NCBI GenBank assembly: GCA_951406725.2
Contig: OX597824.1
Coordinates: forward strand, 39,308,001 to 39,372,000
DNA length: 64,000 nucleotides
Direction of reading: 5' to 3'
Source: Octopus vulgaris
Lineage: Eukaryota
The position numbers were made by a program, and so were the translations under genes. Positions 40,993 to 53,651 of the stretch are shown piece after piece (the stretch's first letter is position 1; every line of letters starts with the position of its first letter). Under the pieces are notes generated by a model. That model was not told where the DNA came from. It made no database searches and saw only the letters and a program-made list of their open reading frames with translations.

Positions 40993-41483
40993 CTAATGGT
41001 AACTAAAAAAAAATCTTACTCCCTAGACACACAAATGCAAGCTTAACCTTGCATTATGAAAAACTCTGTTGCAAGGGGAGTCTCCGCATTGCCAAATGCA
41101 CATGCTTCCATTGAACTCCATGTTCATTCACATGCATATAACATGGAAGACAGTAGTAAATTAGATATTACATTACGAAATGCTACATTTTGACAAAATT
41201 TTCAAGACTAACCTTCTAAATGCGAACCTACACGTTACGCAAGTAATAATTTCATGATAATCTTGCCGTAACGTGGCTTTCGTATCGCGAAAGAAAATTG
41301 TTCCGTTTAATTCTGTATTCATTGACTTTTCATATAACGTGGAATTCTACAGTAATATAATTTCTGCGTTACGAAATTCCACATTAAGATATAATTTTCA
41401 GGAAAGGAGAATGTTTCTGTGACATGAGGTACGCCTACACAACAACAACAACAACATTAATAATAATAATAATAATAATAATG

Positions 41484-41542
<59 letters not shown>

Positions 41543-41925
41543 TAATTTTAAAAATTTTGACACCAGGCCAACAATTGCGGGAAGTGTGTAAGTCGATTGT
41601 ATCGACCCCAGTACTCAAATGGTATTTTTTTATCATGTGCTGTTTATCTTCATATGAGATCACCATATCGCACACATATGGCTATGATGTATATGCCTGG
41701 TGTACCCTTTCTACTAAAGGCACAAGGCCTGAAATTTTATGGAAGAGGGTTAGTCGATTTGATCAATCCCAGTACTCAACTGGTACTTAATTTACCGACC
41801 TCGAAAGGATGAAATGTGAAGTCGACCTCGCGGAACTTGAACTCAGAACGTAAAGACGGACAAAAATGCCACAAAGCATTTTGACCGGTGTGCTAACGAT
41901 TCTCCCAACTCGCTACTACTACTAT

Positions 41926-41972
<47 letters not shown>

Positions 41973-42007
41973 ATAATAATAATAATAATAATAATAACAA
42001 CAACAAC

Positions 42008-42072
<65 letters not shown>

Positions 42073-42082
42073 TAATAATAAT

Positions 42083-42626
42083 AGATGCAGTACCAGGCAG
42101 TGGCTCTCATGGCTTCTGATCTTAACTGATTGGAAGTGTTATCATGTACATTGTTTTGTCTTGGTTTAAAAGATGGGCTACAGCAAATATTCTGCTCAAT
42201 ACCACAGATTTGCTTGTCAGTTGTTTGACCTTAACCAGTTGAGCATGTCCCTTAGTGGCTGACGATATGTGCATCTCTGATCACGAGCAGAAGTAGTGGG
42301 GGAGCATCATAGCCATGTGTTGAGAAGGATTCTTTGGGGTTTGAATAATTCACCTCTGGAAACATGGGTGTTTCGTTCAACGTCCTTAAACAACCCTTAT
42401 TCAGGGACCTTTTGAGCGGGATGGGTTACTCGATCTGAAAAAAATTCTAACTGGGCTCCACCTGCAAGGTCATGTGCTGTTTATCTTGATATGAGATCAC
42501 CATGTCGCGCACATATGGTTGTGATGCATGTGCCTGGTGTACCCTTATCAGACGGGTAGTCATGATGGGTATACTGGGCTTCGTATATTTTACCCCAGTG
42601 TCACTTTAATGGCATGCTCTGCTCGC
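42083..42626 (+). mobile_element. (AAT)n-embedded non-coding element, possibly the 3' UTR of a TAA-targeting (Dong/R4-type) retrotransposon
   Basis: Bounded by AAT repeats on both sides. A segment (tcatgtgctgtttatctt.atatgagatcacca..gcctggtgtaccctt) recurs at 41633-41710. The family assignment is inference only. Confidence 0.5.
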
Positions 42627-42694
<68 letters not shown>

Positions 42695-42697
42695 GCG

Positions 42698-42759
42698 AGG
42701 CAGGCTACCCTGAACTGACGATGAGCAATACACTCAGAAACATATGTCTTCAGGTGCCT
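42698..42759 (+). ncRNA. Type I hammerhead ribozyme, intact core
   Basis: aggca-[ggctac bulge]-cctgaa-CTGACGA-tgag-caataca-ctca-GAAA-catatg-TC-ttcagg-tgcct. All core nucleotides are present, GUC cleavage triplet, predicted cut after 42748. Confidence 0.88.
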
Positions 42760-42991
42760 TGTCCCGGCTTGCGGGGGTGACTGCCTCCCCCATTGCAAAT
42801 ATAAGGACACAGAAAATGTGCCAAAGCCGACAGGAGACGTCGATGTTTCCTAGGGCTAAATGACGGTAGTGTAATTCCCTTACGGGTCTGTCACATTGTG
42901 TTGACAGTATACGACCACTATATCGCTCCACCACCGCTTATGTCTCTCTGAGACATTTAGAAATTCAATATTTCTAATAATAATAATAATG

Positions 42992-43057
<66 letters not shown>

Positions 43058-43765
43058 TGCAAACAAGCATAGGAAGCACCTTCGTGTCATTGCGTCGTAT
43101 AACTCAAAACGTTGTATAACCTTACATTATTCAAAGCATATGAAAGCTTACGTACATCCCACTGTGTCATCTTGTTGCATAGCAACGATATCCCAATGGA
43201 ACGCAAATGAAGATAGCATGTATGATAGACAGCCAACATTCTTGGCAGCAGTAGCTGCGAATGCAGGAATTCGTTACCTTTTATTTTTCCTTTTGTTTTT
43301 GTTTTTTTTTCCCCTCTGATGATGATATGCAGTTCAGAAAATTTTTACATATTTCGTAACGAAACAAACTGAATTACTTAATAACGACCAAAGCAGGTCT
43401 GATGGCGGCGGCAGCGATAGTAGAGTCAAAAATACTACTTTTACTACCACTAGTAGTAATGATAGTAGTTTATTCTCAGACATAAACACACAGACTCATT
43501 TTCAAATATACGCCCAAAATACAGTTTTCGCTTTCGCTTCTTAATGATCTATAGTATTGGCACAGGGCCAAATCTTCTGTAAAAGTCGTGTATAGTTGTA
43601 TATGATAGTATATATTAAATGAAATCACTTCAACAGATTTCTTGTGAAAAACTTCGTTACTCTTATCTAGCGATACTGGGGCGATAACATACGAGGCTTC
43701 ATCTCAGAATATAAAGGGTTGAAACGAAATTCTGTGTGGCGGGCTTTTAGTCTGACTGTCTAAAA

Positions 43766-44020
43766 CTAAGTTTCTCAACCACCATTTTTTATCTGTGGAC
43801 CCCTTTGATTGCTATTTTATACGGATGGACCATCTTAGTGATTCGATGATAAGAATATTTATTATATTTTCATAATTAAATATTATTTGGCTTTGTATAA
43901 GAATAATTATTAAAATAGTCTGTATATTGTTGAAGTATAACCACCTTATTTCAGATAAATTTTAACAACAAAATCTTATATGGACCCAAGGACCATATGC
44001 CCCCCAGTTGAGAACCACTG
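43766..44020. mobile_element. hAT (Charlie/MER5-like) MITE
   Basis: Ends ctaagtttctcaac / gttgagaaccactg. 8-bp TSD gtctaaaa (43758-43765) / gtctaaag (44021-44028). Confidence 0.75.
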
Positions 44021-44052
44021 GTCTAAAGTAGCCTTTTTCACAACAATAATAT

Positions 44053-44272
44053 ATTTCTTTACTACCCACAAGGGTCTAAACACAGAGGGGACAAACAAGG
44101 ACAGACAAATGGATTAAGTCGATTACATAGACCCCAGTTCTCAACTGGTACTTAATTTATCGACCCCGAAAGGATGAAAGGCAAAGTCGACCTCGGCGGA
44201 ATTTGAACTCAGAACGAAATATGGTTACGCATTTCGCCTGGCGTGCTAACGTTTCTGCCAGCTCGCCACCTG
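44053..44272 (-). mobile_element. Full-length SINE family A
   Basis: Family A consensus. 17-bp TSD tttcacaacaataatat at 44036-44052 and 44273-44289. Confidence 0.92.
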
Positions 44273-45058
44273 TTTCACAACAATAATATGCTCTGAAGTA
44301 AGCAAAGTCTCACACGTTTTACAAGAGGGTATTTTTTACAAAGACACTAATAAGTTGTCCTGGAAAATAAAATCAAAATCATTTCCGACGGGCCTTGAGT
44401 TTAAAGGACGTAGGTAAATACAACAAGTTACTTACTCCAACGTTCTAGTGACTCTGGTAATGCCCGGAATATTTTCACGGTGTAAATAATTAATTTCGAT
44501 ATGGCCCATGATCAGAATTTATTATGGGTGTAAGGCGGTTAGTAGATTAAATCGATTTCCGTACTTGATTAATACTTTAATTTATAATCCTCACCTCGGA
44601 AGGATGAAAAGCAAAGTTGGCCCTAGCGGAATTTGAACTCATAATGTAAAAGTTCGAAACAAATGCTATAGAACACATTTTTGTAATGTTCTAACGTTTC
44701 TAATAATCCAACAGCTCTTTTTTTTTTTATCTAAGGCGCATGGCATGTATATTGGGATAAAGGCGTTAGTCAATTACCACAAAAACCCTCACTGAATACT
44801 TGTTTGTTACCTTATTTATTTTGTAGGCCCCGTGAAGCATGAAAAGCAAAGTCGACCACCGTTAGATTTGAGTACCTAATAAGTAATAAATGAAAATGAA
44901 GCACTGAGTTAGTAGATAAATTAGAATGCCCACCCGATAAAATGCAATGCTAAATCAACGCGCTAACCTTTTCAATTGAACTGAAATGTTGAATTTAAAT
45001 CCTCTAATAGATAAACTAAATGCAACATGAATTACTCAGATAGTGAGATGTTTTACTA

Positions 45059-45132
<74 letters not shown>

Positions 45133-45198
45133 GCATGTATGTATGTATAGATGTACGTGTGTATATATGCGTGTATACAGACATATATACATGTATAT

Positions 45199-45383
45199 AT
45201 TATTTATGTAAAGGGTACTATACGTATATTAAAGCGCTACTAATAGTTTCATATGTTGAGAAAAACTCAAACATATTTTTCAAGCGCAAACCACATATCA
45301 CAAACTAGTTCGTTATGAAGAATATGCATATGAAGCTATTAGTAGTGCTTTAATACATGTATTGGGCCGTTTAAACAAATAAT
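45199..45383. repeat. Diverged inverted repeat (arms 45199-45255 / 45327-45383) between (TA)n tracts
   Basis: tattaaagcgctactaatagtttcatatg / catatgaagctattagtagtgctttaata. Confidence 0.85.
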
Positions 45384-45419
45384 ATTTATCTCTCACCAGA
45401 TGGAGTACATTTTTTGTTG

Positions 45420-45476
<57 letters not shown>

Positions 45477-45477
<1 letters not shown>

Positions 45478-45714
45478 TTTATTTAAAGCAGCAGAAAATT
45501 CAACAAAATCTGTTACTCTGAGTTTCTCGTTGCCGTTCATCAGACTGTTTTTGCTAGAAAAACTGTCAAAAACTGTCTGATGAACGGCAACGAGAAACTC
45601 AGAGTAACAGATTTTGTTGAATTTTCTGCTGCTTTAAATAAAGCATATTACTCTACCACTGGTATTTGAGTACTCTTTTTTCCACCTTGTTTCACATTTA
45701 TGTGTTTACTCCGG
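45477..45714 (+). mobile_element. (TA)n-embedded element with perfect 69-bp inverted repeat carrying a hammerhead core on both strands
   Basis: Arms 45477-45545 and 45575-45643 are exact reverse complements. Confidence 0.85.
45573..45610 (+). ncRNA. Minimal type I hammerhead ribozyme, intact core
   Basis: ctgt-CTGATGA-a-cg-gcaa-cg-a-GAAA-ctcagag-TA-acag. GUA triplet, predicted cut after 45606. Confidence 0.75.
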
Positions 45715-46265
45715 TATATATATATACCATAACACATTTGGGTTATTTACTGTTAAGCCTACAAGCGGCTGGACGTTTAGCGAAGTGTGTGCTGAACAGC
45801 TTAAGAAATAGAAATAAGGTTTAATCGCATGTTCTTAAATTTACCATCACACACGCGCGCGCACTAAGCAAATGTGCGCGCGCGATATCATAGTCTAAAT
45901 ATCCATAGCTCATAATGTAAGAAATTGAATAATGCACCGCTAACATGCGAAACAGAGAGAGACAGACACAGATAACGAAAAGGAGAGAGAGAGAAGAGAG
46001 AGGTAGATACATTCATACAAGTAGGAAGGCATGTTTTGTAGAATTAGAAGACGAAACAAACTAAAGCAAGCCTAGAAACGTTATAAGACCTCCAAGCTAA
46101 TTACTCGACCTTGCTACGAAGCTAAAAGACTTTAACATTACGTGAAACTTTTATGAGCATTACCTAGATAATTGCTGAAGTGAACACGTTTTAAATCTTT
46201 GAATGACCAATAAACATGGTCAAATAATATATATGTTGAATGGCAAAATAAATACACATCGAGAC

Positions 46266-46312
<47 letters not shown>

Positions 46313-46337
46313 TACACGCATACACACACATACACAC

Positions 46338-46585
46338 AGTAGGAGTAGCTGTGTGGTAAGTAGCTTGCTTACCAACCACATGGTTCTGGGTTCATTCCCA
46401 CTGCGTGGCACTTTGGGCAAATGTCTTCTACTATAGCCTCGGGCCGACCAAAGCCTTGTGAGTGGATTTGGTAGACGGAAACAGAAAGAAGCCCATCGTA
46501 TATATGTATATATATATGTGTGTGAATATATTTGTGTGTCTGTGCTCCCCCCCCCCAACATGGCTTGACAACCGATGCTGGTGTC
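46338..46585 (+). mobile_element. SINE family B, 3'-truncated
   Basis: Family B head and CORE-like segment, central (TA)(TG) tract. Confidence 0.88.
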
Positions 46586-47279
46586 TTATATATATATATA
46601 CGGTCACTGATCAATGATCAATGATCACAAGATAAATATTTGGCTTTATTCAACGATGTAGAAAGTAAATATAAGTCAACAGCTGAAAGCAGCAAACACT
46701 TTAATCTTGTCAATCAATATTTAATTTTCCTTATATAAGATGTTATATTGTTGGGTAAACTGTTTGACATCTTAATCAGATCTTCATATCTGTAAGTAAC
46801 GAACCCTGTTGATTTCTAAAACTGACACCCATGCTTGTATTTCATTTCAATAGTGCAAGTGAATGGAAACAGCTCTTATAGAACGATTATATTGGCAATC
46901 TGTAATGTAATATGCGCATTATGCTAATTTGGAGATACACTATCGTTTGAGATAGGTTGCGATGATGTTTATTGCGAGTAAATGTGATATTAAGTCTCGG
47001 TTTATTAATGCAATAATTTATTCTCCTTTTATATATCGTATAACGCAGTTAATGTAAAATAGCATCACCAATGTCTACCAAATTGATATTACAGACGACC
47101 AACAAGCTAATACTTGTTTGTTTGACTGCATTTGTCACTGCTAAGGTGGCAGTGACAAAAGAGTGTCTATGACACGTTGTTGAACAAATGCCGCAAGGAA
47201 TTTCATTTCAAAAGATTCGTCCGTCTTGTCGCATGCATTTCTCAATCGTCAATGTTGAATGGCAAAGAAATACACATCG

Positions 47280-47329
<50 letters not shown>

Positions 47330-48063
47330 ATATATATATATATATACACACATACATCGAAACAAACACACACACACACACACACATATATAATCAAAGG
47401 ATATAATCAATAAAATTAAAGAATTTTATCAGTGACCAGCATATAAAACCTTTTATGTAAAATACATTTTTAGAGATATATAATTGTATAATTGTACTCT
47501 ATACAATTATCTCTCTCTCCCTCTCTCTCTCTTTCTATACATATATATATATATATATATATACATTCATACACGCACACACACACACACATACACACAC
47601 ATACATACATACACACATATGCAGTTCCGATAAGAAGAGACTGATGAACAAGTTTACCACACAAAATGTAGAATGAAAATTTAATGCTGGTCAATAAGGC
47701 GCCGGCATCAGTGGGCTTGGGACAAAGGGAATTCAGCTTATATTAAATCAACTCCTGTAACCCCGCTGAGGTTAAATTCTTAATCAGATATTTCGCGCAA
47801 AATGGAGGCATGATACCGAATATTATAGAGACAATATTTGTCTTCAGCTGCTTTCATATTTTAGACATTATGCGTGCATCTTCATAAGGCTGCACTTTTA
47901 ATATTTTACACTTGTTTTAATACACAATCATGTTTGCTTTTTGTGTATTGTATTTCCATCTATTTACCTTCTCCTTAACGTTGTCAGGAACAGGAGACAA
48001 GAAGAGGACATTAGCTCAGATGTTTCACTCATTATTTCTGCTGCAAACACAAGACAGGGTTGA

Positions 48064-48417
48064 TCAGTCCCAGTACGTGACACCTTAGATAAGCGCTCCC
48101 TTTGTAACCTCGGGTCGATCAAGGCCTTCTGTGTGGATTTGGTAGAAGGAAATTGAAAGAAGCCTGTCGTGTATCTATACGTGAGTTCATTAATGTATCT
48201 ATACGCGAGTCCATTAATGCACTAGAGTCCATTAATTTTTATGACAAATCAAAAAATGCTTGCTTCTCGATTCAGTCCCAGTACGTGGCACCTTAGATAA
48301 GCGCTCCCTTTGTAACCTTGGGTCGATCAAGGCCTTGTGTGTGGATTTGGTAGACGGAAACTGAAAGAAGCCCGTCGTGTGTCTATACGTGTGTGTATGT
48401 GTGTTTATGTGTGTGTG

Positions 48418-48452
<35 letters not shown>

Positions 48453-48616
48453 TCAGCGCTTCACAACTGGTGTTGGTTTGTGTACCTCCACGTATGTTAG
48501 ACGTTCGGCAAAAGACGCCGATAAGATAAGCACTAGAGTCCATTCATTTGACTAAAGTTCTTGAAAGGCGGTGCCACCAGCATGGCCGCGGTCTAATGAC
48601 TAAAACAAGTAACAGA
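48064..48616 (+). mobile_element. SINE family B with local duplication of its 5' part
   Basis: tcagtcccagtacgtg.caccttagataagcgctccctttgtaacc occurs at 48064 and 48272 with shared private mutations. Confidence 0.8.
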
Positions 48617-49000
48617 TCTCTCTCTATATAAACGGCAGTTTGTCTGTGCGTGTTTCTGTGTGTCTGTTTGCTTGTACCCTCACCCTGACCACGGCTTTCA
48701 ACCGATTCTGATGAAACTTGACACACACATAGCCCAATGTCATAATTCAAAACTAATGCAGCGAAAATTTTGAAAAGTTCCCCCAGTTCTGAAAAAAATC
48801 GATAAATTCGACATGGGGTCGAGAATCAGGAACACAAACCACAAACTGTGTAGGGGACGCAACTCCACCTTTTTTAACTATAAAAAAAAATTTACCATCA
48901 TTCTTTTCCATTTTTTTGCTATTTTTTGGCTATAACTCTCTAAAAATGCTTTATAGTTATTTCCCTTACAAACCTGAGCAACGCCGGGCGATACTGCTAG
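48617..49000 (+). mobile_element. Non-autonomous Helitron
   Basis: A|TC 5' end, subterminal hairpin cctgagcaacgccggg, CTAG|T 3' end, no TSD. Inserted at the tail of a SINE B. Confidence 0.85.
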
Positions 49001-49588
49001 TATATGATAAAAGACATATTGAACTGTCATAATACGCTTCTGCATATCCTTCAATTAAGTAATAGTCAGGCATAACACCATTACCAAACAACTTAGGGTG
49101 TCCTTACAGGAACCCTTTCTGTTGCAAGCATTTGGGCTGTGTTTCCAGTGTCAGGATACTTTACGAACTCACTGCTCCACCAGTCTTGGGCACTGTCAGG
49201 TCATGGAAACTCCTTTCCCTCTTGATTCAAATAAAAACAAAAAACAAACCAATTCCTCTGAGGATCACTGATATCTACGTAGTCATCATTGAACATATTT
49301 CAATAAAATGGTAACACCCCCACACATACACGGAGCAGGATGCTCAGATCAACGACATAAATCTATAAACATACATATGTGAAAGAATGCGTCTAAAACT
49401 AAATAAAACAAATAGAATCGATAGTTATATAAATAGCATCAGTATTTTTATGCTCGATGTTATATGGTCGTCTAAATTTAGCCATAAACATTACTCTCAA
49501 GATCTTACTGATATCAATAATTTAAGGGAAAAAATATACATGCATAAATATGTTTATATATGTATATATGTATGCGTATGTATGATGT

Positions 49589-49633
<45 letters not shown>

Positions 49634-49870
49634 TGTGTATAAACGAATACATACATATATATAAATATACATATATATATGTATATACGCATATATGTAT
49701 ATAGGCATATATGAATGTATGTACGCATAGAGATATATATAAATGTATATATATATACACGCATATATATATTTATATACATATATGTGCCTACATACAT
49801 ACATACATATATATGTGTGTGTGTATGTATGTATGTACGCACACATATTTTCATACATATGTGTGCCTAC

Positions 49871-49925
<55 letters not shown>

Positions 49926-50451
49926 GACATACAAAGAGAGAGACAGAGACAGAGATAAATAAATTGATATATGTATATACATACATTCGTACGTACGTAC
50001 ATAATTGTGGGCTTGAAATCGATTTGTTTGGAACATCGAAGGATAAATCTAGATAGCTTTTGTCTAAGCTAAAAACAAATATTACTATAAATACGTAGGT
50101 AACTATAATTATCTCTAGATATTTTATAATATAAGAGGTTTTGTTGTCGTTATGGATTCTTTACTGTTTTTCTTAACGTCTCTCTTAATACTGTCTGGCT
50201 TTGTGTATGGCGATAGTTTTCTTTAGAAATTTCTCTGATAAACAAGTATATATTTTTCATGAACGGAAAAGGTTAGTAAACAATAGGAAACGGTATTTAA
50301 AAGAAGTTTGCATAATGTAATGCTTTGCTCGTTAAACCAAATTACTAATAACATCGATAGGAACTACAACAACAAGAACAACTTGATAATAACAACAATA
50401 ACAACAGCAGCAACAACACGACAATAATAATATCGACAACAACAATAATAA

Positions 50452-50672
50452 TCCTTTCTATTATAAAAGTAGGCACAGGGCCTGAAATTTTGGGGCTAAG
50501 GGGATAGCCTATTACATCAAACCCACTGCTTGACTGGGACTTATTTCATCGACCCCGAAGGGATGAAAGGCAAAGTCGACCTCGGCGTAATTTGAACAAA
50601 GATCGTAAGGAGGAACAAGGTACCGCTAAGCACTTTTCCCGGAGTGCTACCGAATCTGCCAGCTCGCCACTT
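50452..50672 (-). mobile_element. SINE family A (alternative-tail subfamily) between triplet repeats
   Basis: atcgaccccgaagggatgaaaggcaaagtcgacctcggcg..ctgccagctcgcc, with the aggcacagggcctgaaatttt tail type. Confidence 0.85.
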
Positions 50673-50701
50673 TAATAATGATAATAATAATAATAATAAT
50701 A

Positions 50702-50767
<66 letters not shown>

Positions 50768-51404
50768 ATTATTATTATTATAGGCACAAAGCCTGATATT
50801 TGCGGGGAGGAAAACTATTTTCCAAAGTAAAGGTGAACATCTTTCTCCATGTCATGGGCTTGAAAAATTGTTAAGGCACAAAGATATTTTCCTACTTTTC
50901 TTAACGTCAAAAAACTGGTAGTCTTAATTCACAAATAAAGAAATTATATCCACCAACGCGGTGTTGAGCACTCATTTCCATTTCCATTGTTCGACATTTC
51001 CGTTTCAAAGCTTCCAACTTTGGTTAAGCACTGAATACGAACAAAGAATCAAAATAAACCATCGAAAAACCCAAAATAATGACATCACTGAAAATACATA
51101 TACATATACATACGTACATACATACATACATACATACATACATACATACATACATACCATACATACATACTTACATACATATATAAATATATATATATAT
51201 ATAGTTAATCCAAACAAGAAAACACAGAAAAAAAGAGAAAAAAACCCCACAGCAACGCAGGACGTGGAACAATTAAAGTATTATTGACGCTCAGGAAAGA
51301 AATATATATATTTGATATCAGGGTAATAAAGATTTTAGAAATTTTTACTACCAGTGGCCTAGCGTACAGAAAAATTAGTCAATAGATATATATCATTCAT
51401 ATAA

Positions 51405-51558
51405 AATACAGTGTACATTTAAACACATTAAGAGGTTTCCATGATAGGAATCCTTTGCGCTAGAAAGAACAGCTAAAGTTTGGACTTTACCTGTTCTTTC
51501 TAACGTACAGGATTCATATGATGGAAACCTCTTGATTTGTTTAAGTGTACACTGTATT
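51405..51558. repeat. Near-perfect 75-bp-arm palindrome with 4-nt loop
   Basis: aatacagtgtaca..agaaagaacagctaaagt-ttgg-actttacctgttctttcta..tgtacactgtatt. About 9 mismatches, no indels. Confidence 0.9.
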
Positions 51559-52350
51559 ATATATATATATATATATATACACGCACCCACCACATATATA
51601 TATGTATACTTATATATAAATATTAATAAATATAAAAGGAAAACGTTATGAGTAGGCGTTACAAAACGTTTGGTGAGAGACCAGATTGAAATAACTCAGT
51701 GTCATAAAATTGAGTGAAGGATTTAAGTCGTTGTAGTAAATGTGCGAATATATGTGTGTGAGTCAGTGTGCTTGAACTGGAATACACATGTGACGTATTA
51801 GCATTCATGCGCTTACAAGTGTGTGTGAGTGTCTACGTGGGTATGTACGTGTGTATAAACGAATTTGGTAAGAGTTAACTATACATGTATATGCAAATTA
51901 CAATAAATGGTTATGTAATAACATTATATCTTTGGGAAAATATATAATTTAAAGAACATAAGTAACCGATTGGGTAGCTTTCTGTGACATGGGTCAGAGA
52001 GGATATTAACAAGGTCGGATCAGAAAATCCCCATGACTTTCTGTACCTGATACAAGCTGTTTCGGAAACGGGTACCGCGAAATGCACCCATGAGCATTTA
52101 CTGTGTCGACTGAGACTCTAACGGTAAACAATTTTGTGCTAAATATCCCATAAAATATTTCTCGATTTTTAGCGTGGTCTTTCTCCAAATAATTGCTTCC
52201 AATAGTGGTGTCGCTACACCCCTTCAATTATCAAAGTACTTTTTTATTGCTTTCCACTCAGTTTATGGTTCTCACCTAAAACCACGACGTAGCTGAGTAA
52301 CTTTGTAGCGGGGTACTCCCTTCCGGTGTAGTAGATTCTCTCAACATATA

Positions 52351-52580
52351 TATTTCTTTATTGCCCACAAGGAGCTAAGCATAGAGGGGACGAACAAGGA
52401 CAGACAAAGGGATTAAGTCGATTATATCGACCCCAGTGCAAAACTGGTACTTTATTTATCGACCCCGAAAGGATGAAAGGCAAAGTCGACCTCGGCGGAA
52501 TTTGAACTCAGAACGTAACAACACACGAAATACTGCTAAGCATTTCGCCCGGCACGCTAACGTTTCTGCCAGCTCGCCGC
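52351..52580 (-). mobile_element. Full-length SINE family A
   Basis: Family A consensus. TSD ctcaacatata at 52340-52350 and 52581-52591. Confidence 0.92.
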
Positions 52581-52931
52581 CTCAACATATAGTCGATTCC
52601 CTCTATCTACTGTTGTTTATCTTTGTTTTTCTTTTGCGAGCTCCCTTATCTTCTCTCATTACGATAAGATGAGGTTTTACTTACTGGTAGTGAGGGTGGG
52701 GCTCTCTGTTTCGTTCGCTTTTCGGACTTCTCACGCAGTGATCTCCTTCGCTATGTTCCAAGGTTCAGTTTGTAGTGCTGTCGTCACAACAACCACCAGG
52801 ATCTACTCTTAATACTGCCTGTTCTGGTATATCTATCGTCCTCCAAATTTCTCTACCTTCTTAGTCTATTAGAGCTTTCAAGAATAAAAGGGCCGATGGT
52901 CTAACCTAGCTTAGACGAAAATAAAACATGG

Positions 52932-53004
<73 letters not shown>

Positions 53005-53008
<4 letters not shown>

Positions 53009-53187
53009 AGAGTTTAGGAAAAAAGCAAAAGACGAAGACAGGTGGTGTACAAAACAAACAGATGTATTAGTATAACGCTCAGGAATAGAAAAAGTCTTTT
53101 ACGTTTCGAGCCTACGCTTTTCTACAGAAAGGGACACAGAAAAAAACAAGGAGAGAAAAAAATGTGTGTAGTGGCTAACGATCTATC
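53005..53187 (-). mobile_element. (TA)n-embedded pLTR-like element with hammerhead-like motif
   Basis: Minus strand cttt-CTGTAGA-a-aagc-gtag-gctc-GAAA-cg-TA-aaag (53131-53096). Homologous to 33270-33457. Confidence 0.65.
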
Positions 53188-53220
53188 ATTTCAGGATTTC
53201 ACGCAATCCAGGAAGTAACA

Positions 53221-53279
<59 letters not shown>

Positions 53280-53651
53280 TATATATACATGTATATATCG
53301 CATCATCATTTCTGCCTGTCCTCTCAACACTAAGCTCCTCTCAATCTACGTCAAAGTGAGTCCAATTATTTTGCTTGTAATTGCTTCCCACTGACTTGCC
53401 CGTGTTAATCTTTACTCGTATCATCACATCGTAATCGTTTAAAACATTGTACGACATTCCTTCGGTGAAATTATCCACGGATGTTGATAATGAACTTCTA
53501 CGTTACAGGTCAAAGGGAATGCCACTCAAAATCTTGAAACACCTCAGAAGTGACTACAGAGTCCAACACAAGCAGAAAGGCTTAAAGAGGAAATTTGTGA
53601 CCAGCCGAGCAAATGACGGGAAGTGGGTTCGAGATGTCAATATTTGTTTAT

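Larger units (their letters stand above)
41440..43055. repeat. (AAT)n/(AAC)n/(ACT)n array split by several insertions
   Basis: Triplet tracts at 41440-41541, 41913-42082, 42627-42693 and 42975-43055, separated by SINE A pieces and two other elements. Confidence 0.9.

Noticed and set aside
42258-42300. Hammerhead at CTGACGA..GAAG
   Set aside because: GAAA is absent, stem II is weak and no closing stem I or UH triplet was found.
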